A stretch of 64,000 nt of DNA from Hyphomonas sp. (GTDB lineage Bacteria > Pseudomonadota > Alphaproteobacteria > Caulobacterales > Hyphomonadaceae). The notes under the pieces are model-generated. The model was not told the DNA's origin, ran no database searches, and saw only the letters and a list, made by a program, of their open reading frames with translations. Positions 56,566 through 64,000 of the stretch are shown piece by piece (the first letter of the stretch is position 1; each line of letters begins with the position of its first letter). The stretch is from assembly GCF_013791775.1 (NCBI RefSeq), contig NZ_VMTE01000007.1. One strand, 5' to 3'. The translations under genes were made by a program, and so were the position numbers.

Positions 56566-56588
56566 AGGCCGGCCGACAAGGTAGCCTG

Positions 56589-59500
56589 ATGACCCCCGTT
56601 GATTTGCTGAAATCCCTGAGCGGTCCTTCCGCTTTTGCCGGCGCGCCGTTTGGTGCAGACGTGATCACGTTCTGCGACGCGCTGATGAAGCGCGGTGGGA
56701 TCGGCGTGTATGTCGCGCGCGACGACCGGATGGCGCAGGCCGCGCGGCGGATGGCGGTGTTCGCGGCGCCGCGTCTGGAGCAGGCCGATCTGCCGGGCTG
56801 GGACATGCTGCCGTATGACCGGATCAGCCCGACACCGGCGGTGGCCGCCCGGCGCTGCGCGGGCCTCGCCCGGATCGCGCGCTACGAGGCGTCGCAAGGG
56901 CCGCTGCTGGTGGTGACGACGGCCGGCTCGCTGGTGCAGCGCGTGCCGCCGATTGCGACGCTTCGCAAAGCCTCGTTCGCGATCAAGCGCGGGCAGTCCG
57001 TGAAGGCCGCCGAGCTGACCGAGTATCTCGCGTTCAATGGCTATGTCCGATCCAGCACCGTGCGCGAGCAGGGCGAGTTTGCCATCCGCGGCGGCATCAT
57101 CGACATCTTCCCGCCGACCGCGCTCGAACCCTACCGGCTCGATTTCTTCGGCGACACGGTCGAGACGCTTCGCACCTTCGACACCGAAACGCAGCGCTCG
57201 ACCGGATCGGCGGAAGGCGTCACGTTTGCGCCGGTCAGCGAGATCCTGTTTGACGACAATGTGCTCAGCAAATTCCGGGACCGGTTTCTGGAAACTTTCG
57301 GGCCGCCCTCGGGCGACCAGATGTACGAAGCGGCCCGCGCCTCGATCCGCCGGCAGGGCGTCGAGGCTTGGTTGCCGCTGTTTCACGGCGCGCTCGACAC
57401 GCTGTTCGACTATACAGGCCCGGCCGCGCTGTGGGGATTAGGCCACCTGGCGTCGGAAGCGGCGCACGAGCGTCTGACACAGGCCAACGACTATTACGCA
57501 GCGCGCCTCGATGCCGGCGGCGGCGATATCCGCATCGCCAAGGTGTTGCCGCCGGAGCGGCTTTACCTGACGCTTGACGAACTCGACGCGCGGCTTTCGG
57601 ACCGCGCCGTGGTGCGCTTCAGTCCGAATGACCCGATGTCGGGCGCCTTCGACATGGGCGGTCGCCGGGGACGCGACTTTGCGCCGGAACGTCTGCGAAC
57701 GGACGAAAACATCTTCGAAACGGTGATCGCGCAGGCCAGGGCGTTGTATGCCAGCGGCAAGCCGGTCGTGTTCGCCGCCTGGTCAACCGGCTCGGCGGAC
57801 CGCCTGATCAACGTGCTGGGCGATCACGGCCTGACGGGGCTGGCGCAGGTGCACACGCTGGACGCCGCGAGGAAGACCGATTTCGCGGTGGCCGAAGTGC
57901 CGATCGAAGCGGGGTTCTCGCTTCCCGGCTTCGCGATGATTTCGGAAGCCGACGTGCTTGGCGACCGGCTTGCCGCGCCGCGCCGGAAGCGCAAGTCCGC
58001 GAGCTTCATCACCGACGCGACGGCGCTGACGGCCGGCGACCTTGTCGTGCACGTCGATCACGGCGTCGGGCGCTACGCCGGTCTCCGTACGCTGGAGCTC
58101 ACCGGCGCGCCGCACGATTGCCTGCAGCTGGAATATGCCGGCGGTGACATGATCTTCCTGCCGGTCGAGAACATCGACCTGATCAGCCGGTACGGCTCAG
58201 AGGAGTCCGAGAGCCAGCTGGACCGTCTCGGCGGCGCAGGCTGGCAGACGCGGAAAGCCAAGGCCAAGAAGCGCATTCTCGAAATGGCGGCCGAGCTGAT
58301 GCAGATCGCAGCCGCGCGTGAGCTGCGCCGCGCGGATGCAGTCAGTGCGGGGCAGGGGCTGTACGAAGAGTTTGCCGCGCGCTTCCCCTACGAGGAGACC
58401 GAAGACCAGCTCTCCGCCATCGAAGATGTACTGGGCGATCTCGCCTCCGGCAAACCGATGGACCGGCTCGTCTGCGGCGATGTGGGCTTCGGCAAGACCG
58501 AAGTTGCACTCCGCGCGGCCTTCGTTGCGGCGATGAGCGGCAAGCAGGTCGCGGTGATTGCGCCGACGACGCTGTTGGCCCGCCAGCACTACAAGACGTT
58601 CGAGGACCGCTTTGCTGGCTGGCCACTCAAGGTGCGTCCGCTGTCACGCTTCGTCAGTGCACGGGACGCGGCCGAGACACGCGCGGCGCTCGCCGATGGC
58701 AGCGTGGACGTGGTGGTCGGCACGCATGCGCTGCTGACCAAGGAGATCGAGTTCAAGCGCCTCGGCCTGATGGTCGTGGACGAGGAACAGCGCTTCGGCG
58801 TGAAGCACAAGGAACGGCTGAAGGAGCTGAAATCCGATGTGCATGTGCTGACCCTGTCGGCAACACCTATTCCGCGTACGTTGCAAATGGCGCTGACGGG
58901 GATCCGCGATCTTTCCATCATCGCGACGCCGCCGGTGGACCGCCTGTCGGTGCGCACCTACATCACCGAGGAAGACACGGTTACCCTGCGCGAAGCCTTG
59001 CTGCGCGAGAAGTATCGCGGCGGTCAGGCCTTCTTCGTGGCGCCGCGCATCCAGGACCTCGACAAGCTGGAGGACTTCCTGCGCGTCCACGTGCCGGAAG
59101 TGTCGTTCATCGTCGCGCATGGCCAGATGGCGGCCGGCGAACTGGAAGACATCATGACCGCCTTCTACGAGGGCAAGTATGACGTACTGCTGTCGACGAC
59201 CATCGTGGAAAGCGGCCTCGATATTCCGCGCGCCAACACGCTGATCATCCACCGCGCGGATATGTTCGGCTTGGCCCAGCTCTACCAGCTGCGCGGACGG
59301 GTCGGACGGTCGAAACTGCGCGCCTATGCCTATTTCACGACGCCGCGCGACAAGGTGATCACCGAGACGGCGGAAAAGCGTCTGAAGGTCTTGCAGTCGC
59401 TCGACTCGCTCGGCGCAGGCTTCCAGCTGGCGAGCCACGACCTCGACATGCGCGGCGCCGGCAACCTGCTCGGAGACCAGCAGTCGGGCCAGGTGAAAGA

Positions 59501-60149
59501 GGTTGGCGTCGAGCTTTACCAGTCGATGCTGGAAGATGCCGTCAAGGCGCTGAAGGCCGGCGCGAAGGACGAGGAAGACGTGGCCGACGATTGGTCGCCG
59601 CAGATCAACCTCGGCGTCGCCGTGCTCATTCCGGACGGGTATGTCGAAGACCTCAATGTGCGCCTGTCGCTCTACCGCCGCCTGTCGGACATCACCACGG
59701 CGCAGGACCGGGAAGCCTTTGCGGCGGAACTCATCGACCGGTTCGGTCCGTTGCCGGATGAAACGCGCCAGCTGCTGGATGTGATGGCGATCAAGGTCCA
59801 GTGCCGCACGCTCGGCATTGCCAAGATGGATGCAGGTGAGAAGGGGGCCGTGTTTGCTTTCCGCCCCGATACGATCATGGACCCGGCACGCCTGATGGAA
59901 ATCGTCCGCTCACGGCCCAACCAACTGAAGCTGCGGCCGGATTCGAAGCTCGTGCACTCCGGCCTCGGCGGCGCGCCGGACCGGCGCATCCCGTTGGTGA
60001 AGGCCTTCCTCAAGGAATTGGAGGCTGCCTGCGGGTTGGCATCGGCCGAAGCTGCGGACGCGGTGGCTCGCATGGCGCAGAAGCGCCCCGAAGCGAAGGA
60101 AGACAAGTGGGGAAAGAAGCTCTCGTCCGGATTCCTGACCGAAGATTGA
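56589..60149 (+). CDS. mfd: transcription-repair coupling factor
   Basis: Track ORF 56589..60149 (1186 aa). It contains LVCGDVGFGKTEVA, DEEQRFGV, the CarD-like region DLVVHVDHGVGRY and a TRCF domain. Confidence 0.96.
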   Translation: MTPVDLLKSLSGPSAFAGAPFGADVITFCDALMKRGGIGVYVARDDRMAQAARRMAVFAAPRLEQADLPGWDMLPYDRISPTPAVAARRCAGLARIARYEASQGPLLVVTTAGSLVQRVPPIATLRKASFAIKRGQSVKAAELTEYLAFNGYVRSSTVREQGEFAIRGGIIDIFPPTALEPYRLDFFGDTVETLRTFDTETQRSTGSAEGVTFAPVSEILFDDNVLSKFRDRFLETFGPPSGDQMYEAARASIRRQGVEAWLPLFHGALDTLFDYTGPAALWGLGHLASEAAHERLTQANDYYAARLDAGGGDIRIAKVLPPERLYLTLDELDARLSDRAVVRFSPNDPMSGAFDMGGRRGRDFAPERLRTDENIFETVIAQARALYASGKPVVFAAWSTGSADRLINVLGDHGLTGLAQVHTLDAARKTDFAVAEVPIEAGFSLPGFAMISEADVLGDRLAAPRRKRKSASFITDATALTAGDLVVHVDHGVGRYAGLRTLELTGAPHDCLQLEYAGGDMIFLPVENIDLISRYGSEESESQLDRLGGAGWQTRKAKAKKRILEMAAELMQIAAARELRRADAVSAGQGLYEEFAARFPYEETEDQLSAIEDVLGDLASGKPMDRLVCGDVGFGKTEVALRAAFVAAMSGKQVAVIAPTTLLARQHYKTFEDRFAGWPLKVRPLSRFVSARDAAETRAALADGSVDVVVGTHALLTKEIEFKRLGLMVVDEEQRFGVKHKERLKELKSDVHVLTLSATPIPRTLQMALTGIRDLSIIATPPVDRLSVRTYITEEDTVTLREALLREKYRGGQAFFVAPRIQDLDKLEDFLRVHVPEVSFIVAHGQMAAGELEDIMTAFYEGKYDVLLSTTIVESGLDIPRANTLIIHRADMFGLAQLYQLRGRVGRSKLRAYAYFTTPRDKVITETAEKRLKVLQSLDSLGAGFQLASHDLDMRGAGNLLGDQQSGQVKEVGVELYQSMLEDAVKALKAGAKDEEDVADDWSPQINLGVAVLIPDGYVEDLNVRLSLYRRLSDITTAQDREAFAAELIDRFGPLPDETRQLLDVMAIKVQCRTLGIAKMDAGEKGAVFAFRPDTIMDPARLMEIVRSRPNQLKLRPDSKLVHSGLGGAPDRRIPLVKAFLKELEAACGLASAEAADAVARMAQKRPEAKEDKWGKKLSSGFLTED

Positions 60150-60157
60150 GCCGGGCA

Positions 60158-61423
60158 TCAGGCCGCGAGACTGGGCCGCAGCAGGGGTCCGGTCATCCCG
60201 GCATCCAGTAAGGTCCGCGCCGTGTGATAGGCGCGCTTTTCAATAACCCGCCAGCCAAAACCCGGGCCGCCGAGCACAGGGTGGTTCACCGCATGGCCGG
60301 CGATGCGTTCAGCCAGGCGCGTGCCGCCGCGGTAAGGCGTGGCGGGAAGCGAGAGGGTGAAGACTCCGGGCTGCATCAGGGCCGGGCAATCCGCATCCCG
60401 GATCTGTGAACGGATGATATCGGCAAAGGCGCGTTGCGCCGCGAGCGAGACGGCCTGCGCAGGATCAAGCCGGAAGGTCACTACACACAAAGGCTCAGCG
60501 CGCTGGGTCGCAACCGCCATCTGGCGCCCGACATGCGCTTCGAGGAAGCTGCGGCTGAACAGGCCGGTGGTGAAATCGGTCAGCACGGAAGCGAGCGCCG
60601 GATGCGGCATGATCGGGGCGAACGCGACCAGTCGCCGGCAGACAGTTTCGATCAGCGATACGATGCTGGCCATGCGGCCTGCGGCATCGACAACTTCAGT
60701 GGCGAGCGCAATGACCGTGTTCTGACGATCACTGAGTTTCAGGTCCGGATGGGTCAGGGCGATGATGGGCAGGGCGCCGAGTCCGTTTTCCTCGGCAATC
60801 CAGCTTGCCGTCGGGCCGGTGTCGCCCTTGAAGGATTCCAGATCGACGAGAGCGGCCGCGAAGCGGCGTTCGGACATATACTGGCGCGCAGTGTCGCGGC
60901 TGATCGCGGCGGTGACGTCGAGGCCGCGCTGCTTGAGCGGGCCTTGCAGGGACAGGAACAGGGGGGAGCCTGCGCCGATATAGAGAAGGGACGGGACCGC
61001 GTTGAGGTCGGCCGCCGGGATGCGCACGCCGAGCGCGCTGGCGGTTTCGCGCCGGATGTCGGCTTCGCGCAGGCGGCTGGCCCGGCGGGCGAGCGCCGTG
61101 AGCCGGCTCTTGAGAGTCCCGAGGTCCTGGTCGCGGCGCAGGAGAACGGCCTCGCTGCCGACGGGAACCTGGAAATTTGTGAGATCGACCAGCACGATCT
61201 GGCGGTGGACCTGGACCATGGCCGCGCGCGACAGGGCATCGAGCACGTCGCGGGTGACGGTGGCGATGTCGATCAGCAACGGATCCGGCGCAGTGAAGTC
61301 GATCGGATGAGAGGCCGGGTAGGGACGCATGCCGCTGGCCTTGAGGCGCGACATGATCAGGTCCAGCCGCGGGTTTCCGGCGGCGATTTCAATGGGGGGA
61401 TCGAAAAAGGACAGACCGGTCAT
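60158..61423 (-). CDS. receiver-like domains fused to a degenerate GGDEF domain (PopA-like putative c-di-GMP effector)
   Basis: Track ORF 60158..61423. The GGDEF domain begins DFTTGLFSRSFLEAHV. The A-site position reads QPGVF instead of GG(D/E)EF. An RxxD motif (RDAD) sits five residues upstream of that position. Confidence 0.7.
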   Translation of the reverse strand: MTGLSFFDPPIEIAAGNPRLDLIMSRLKASGMRPYPASHPIDFTAPDPLLIDIATVTRDVLDALSRAAMVQVHRQIVLVDLTNFQVPVGSEAVLLRRDQDLGTLKSRLTALARRASRLREADIRRETASALGVRIPAADLNAVPSLLYIGAGSPLFLSLQGPLKQRGLDVTAAISRDTARQYMSERRFAAALVDLESFKGDTGPTASWIAEENGLGALPIIALTHPDLKLSDRQNTVIALATEVVDAAGRMASIVSLIETVCRRLVAFAPIMPHPALASVLTDFTTGLFSRSFLEAHVGRQMAVATQRAEPLCVVTFRLDPAQAVSLAAQRAFADIIRSQIRDADCPALMQPGVFTLSLPATPYRGGTRLAERIAGHAVNHPVLGGPGFGWRVIEKRAYHTARTLLDAGMTGPLLRPSLAA

Positions 61424-61542
61424 GCGGAACGCGCCAAAACAGAAGGCCCCCGCGACGCGGCGGCACCCCTTCCTTTTGCCCGGCTGACACTTAAAGTTCG
61501 CCTAATTCGACCGCGCACAACAGAACATTGGGAGGCCAGACC

Positions 61543-62643
61543 ATGAGCCAGGGACCGCTTTCGGGCGTAAAGATTGTTGAATTCGCAGGCATCGGCCCCG
61601 GCCCGTTTTGCGGCATGCTGTTGTCCGATCTCGGCGCCGACGTCATCCGGATCGACCGGCCAGGCGACGGCCGCCCGGGCCGCGCCGCTGATGTGATGAG
61701 CCGGGGGCGCCGCTCGATTGGCCTGAACCTGAAGGATCCGGCGGATGTCGAGGTGGCGCTGAAGCTGATTGAGAAGGCTGACGGCCTGATCGAAGGGTTC
61801 CGCCCGGGCGTGATGGAACGCAACGGGCTTGGCCCGGACGTGGCGCTGAAGCGCAATCCGAAGCTCGCCTATGGCCGCATGACCGGATGGGGCCAGACCG
61901 GCGCGCTGTCGCAGGCCGCCGGGCATGATCTCAACTATATCGCCATCACCGGCGCCCTGCATGCGATGGGCGACGGCGACGGCCGGCCGCGTCCGCCTCT
62001 GAACCTTGTGGGCGACTATGGCGGCGGGGCGCTGTATCTTGCGATGGGCCTGCTGGCGGCGATCCTGAACGTGAAGAATGGCGGCAAGGGGCAGGTCGTG
62101 GACGTGGCCATGTCGGACGGCGCGGCCTCGCTGGCCACCATGTTCTACGGCATGAAGGCGATGGGCATCTGGACCGACGAGCGCGAAGCCAACATGCTCG
62201 ATGGCGGAGCCCATTTCTATGACACCTACGAGACGAAGGACGGCAAATGGGTCGCCATCGGTTCGATCGAGCCGCAATTCTACGCCATCCTGCGCGAGAA
62301 GGCGGGCCTCTCCGGCGCCGAATGGGACGCGCAGATGGACAAGTCGAAATGGCCGGGTCTCAAGCAGAAGCTGATGGACGTGTTCAAGACGAAGTCGCGG
62401 GATGAATGGTGCGCGATCATGGAAGGCACGGACATCTGCTTCGCGCCGGTCCTGTCGATGACCGAAGCCCCGAAATACAAGCACAATACCGACCGGGGCA
62501 CGTTCGTGGAGATCGAAGGCGTGGTTCAGCCTGCGCCGGCGCCGCGCTTCTCGGCGACACCGGGCGCCATCCAGCGCCGTCCGGCCGGACCGGGTGAGCA
62601 TACGGCGGAGATCCTGAAAGACTGGGGCATTGCCGGCGCATGA
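61543..62643 (+). CDS. family III CoA-transferase (alpha-methylacyl-CoA racemase / CaiB-like)
   Basis: Track ORF 61528..62643 trimmed to [40 protein letters not shown]. It contains the block GHDLNYIA. Confidence 0.88.
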   Translation: MSQGPLSGVKIVEFAGIGPGPFCGMLLSDLGADVIRIDRPGDGRPGRAADVMSRGRRSIGLNLKDPADVEVALKLIEKADGLIEGFRPGVMERNGLGPDVALKRNPKLAYGRMTGWGQTGALSQAAGHDLNYIAITGALHAMGDGDGRPRPPLNLVGDYGGGALYLAMGLLAAILNVKNGGKGQVVDVAMSDGAASLATMFYGMKAMGIWTDEREANMLDGGAHFYDTYETKDGKWVAIGSIEPQFYAILREKAGLSGAEWDAQMDKSKWPGLKQKLMDVFKTKSRDEWCAIMEGTDICFAPVLSMTEAPKYKHNTDRGTFVEIEGVVQPAPAPRFSATPGAIQRRPAGPGEHTAEILKDWGIAGA

Positions 62644-63371
62644 GTGCGCTGCCGGGCACAACCGGACGACGGCGCATCTACCTGATGCGGCACGGCTTTG
62701 TGGACTATACGTCCGCCGCCGTGCGCAAGGCCCGCGACCCCAAGGTGGCCACACTGACCGACCGGGGCATCGACGAAGCCCGCGCGGCGGGGGTGGCCCT
62801 TTCGGACGTGCACTTTGATCTGGCGATCTGTTCGGGATTGCCGCGCACCCGCCAGACGGCCGAGATCGTGCTGGCCGAACACCCCAAGGCGCTGGAACTG
62901 GAAGTCGAGCCTCGCTTCGGCGAGCTCCGGTCCGGGAGCTACATGGACTTCCATTCCGCCGAGCACCTTGCGGCGGTGATGACCTTCACCTTTGAGCAGG
63001 CCGGGGAGCCGGACGCCGAATTCCTGCCGGGCGGGGAGCGATTCGCGGACGCCATGGTGCGGGTGCGCGAGGGATTGCATGATCTTCTGATGCGACCCAG
63101 CTGGGCCTCGGCGCTGGTCGTGGCTCACGAAGTCGTGAACCGAATGGTCCTCGCGGACGTCATCGGCGCGCCCCTGGGGGCGAGCGCGGGGTTCGAGCAG
63201 GATACCGGCTGTATCAACATTCTGGACTTCGATCTCGTGCCGAACGAGACGGGCGAGGGGACCCGCGTGGAGCGCGGCGTCATCAAGGCCGTCAACCTGA
63301 CGCCGGCCAACTACCTGAAAAACGGCATGAATTTGCGTAGCCTCGAAGCCATCTTCACCCGGCCGGAATAG
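62640..63371 (+). CDS. histidine phosphatase (phosphoglycerate mutase) family protein
   Basis: Track ORF 62640..63371. It has the RHG motif in IYLMRHGF and a downstream [11 protein letters not shown]. It overlaps the preceding gene by 4 nt. Confidence 0.85.
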   Translation: MSALPGTTGRRRIYLMRHGFVDYTSAAVRKARDPKVATLTDRGIDEARAAGVALSDVHFDLAICSGLPRTRQTAEIVLAEHPKALELEVEPRFGELRSGSYMDFHSAEHLAAVMTFTFEQAGEPDAEFLPGGERFADAMVRVREGLHDLLMRPSWASALVVAHEVVNRMVLADVIGAPLGASAGFEQDTGCINILDFDLVPNETGEGTRVERGVIKAVNLTPANYLKNGMNLRSLEAIFTRPE

Positions 63372-63581
63372 GCGAAAAGGCTGGGCCCGGCCGGCGCCGG
63401 GGTGACTGCCCGACAGGGGATCGCCACGCCCGCGCAGGCGGGCCGGTGTCCTTCCTGAACGCCGGACAACAAAGCGCGGCGCCATTGTTCAGACTCATTC
63501 GCTTATTAACCATAGCTGTCGGTGCAGAGCCAATCAGGCTTCTTGCCAGGGCAAAGCACCGGCGTCCTTCTTGCATACCTT

Positions 63582-63610
63582 GGCCGGCCTTCGGGCCGGC
63601 CATTTTCCTT
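63582..63610 (+). terminator. orphan rho-independent terminator in the 360-bp spacer upstream of rpmF
   Basis: GGCCGGCC-TTCG-GGCCGGCC (63582-63601) followed by ATTTTCCTT. It lies 210 nt after the nearest upstream stop codon. Confidence 0.65.
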
Positions 63611-63732
63611 CAGGGCCGCCGCGTCGAAAATCCTGTCGTTGGTGCTTGCCAGAGGGGCTTGGCTGCGTTAACAGGCGCGCTTTCCCGCGTGCCAAACGGG
63701 TGCGCGGCCTAACCAGATTCCGGAACAGTGCC

Positions 63733-63915
63733 ATGGCCGTCCCCAAGAGTAAAAAGTCGAAATCGCGCACGCGCATGCGCCGCGCCCACGACCGGCTCGA
63801 CATGAACACCTATATCGAAGACGCGAGCTCGGGCGAGCTTCGCCGTCCACACCACATCGACCTGAAAACGGGCGTGTATCGCGGTAAGCAAATCCTCGAG
63901 CCGCAGGAAGACTAA
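63733..63915 (+). CDS. rpmF: 50S ribosomal protein L32
   Basis: C-terminal 60 aa of track ORF 63571..63915, [19 protein letters not shown] (ATG 63733). Confidence 0.95.
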   Translation: MAVPKSKKSKSRTRMRRAHDRLDMNTYIEDASSGELRRPHHIDLKTGVYRGKQILEPQED

Positions 63916-63942
63916 GCCTTCCGCGCTTTGCGATGCTTTGCG

Positions 63943-63970
63943 AACCCCGCCCGTCGAGGCGGGGTTTTGC
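63943..63970 (+). terminator. rho-independent terminator after rpmF
   Basis: AACCCCGCC-CGTCGA-GGCGGGGTT followed by TTGCATTT. Confidence 0.75.
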
Positions 63971-64000
63971 ATTTCCGGCCTCCGGATTAACGGCCGGCCG

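Overview
High-GC (about 60-65%) chromosomal segment with an alphaproteobacterial, Caulobacterales/Hyphomonadaceae-like character. This is judged from the conserved blocks dusB-ntrBC-ntrYX-trkAH-hfq-hflX and recG-sdhE-mfd, a tRNA-His lacking G-1, and a PopA-like degenerate GGDEF protein. I call about 60 densely packed protein genes, one tRNA, several hairpin terminators, a Pho box and two copies of a large palindromic intergenic repeat. Gene content in order: a CYP153-like P450 fragment, nth, an ATP-grasp protein, a PfkB kinase, an HCCA-isomerase/HxlR pair, hslV-(membrane protein)-hslU and pstCAB-phoU-phoB. Next come a dienelactone hydrolase, a pseudomonad-type (class II) PHA locus (phaF-like, phaD-like, phaC, phaZ plus an Aas-type adenylating enzyme), lipA with an SRPBCC protein, and a low-GC DUF695/RraB-like gene. 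Then a CinA-domain protein, an enoyl-CoA hydratase, ispDF, the ntr/trk/hfq/hflX block, mazG, a DgoK-like protein, an SMP-30 lactonase, an acyl-CoA dehydrogenase, secE-nusG, tRNA-His and an OmpA-family porin with a 28-proline linker. The window ends with an atypical arginine succinyltransferase operon (M20 hydrolase-astA-astD-methyltransferase-astB-maiA), an APH/DUF6285 pair, a DUF502 protein, recG, sdhE, mfd, the PopA-like protein, a family III CoA-transferase, a histidine phosphatase and rpmF. I saw no CRISPR array, transposase, integrase, prophage or recognisable defence system, and no clear-cut wholly novel multi-gene system; most of the window is core housekeeping. The most unusual items are the class II-type mcl-PHA locus in an alphaproteobacterial context, including a phasin with a helix-hairpin-helix tail. 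Others are the membrane protein translationally coupled inside hslVU with a nested GTCCAC hairpin before hslU, and the re-wired AST operon. Further items are the PopA-like effector, the paired 36-bp-arm palindromic elements, a compositionally foreign DUF695/RraB gene, and an orphan terminator (candidate sRNA) upstream of rpmF. Many long ORFs in the track are antisense high-GC artefacts and were not called.
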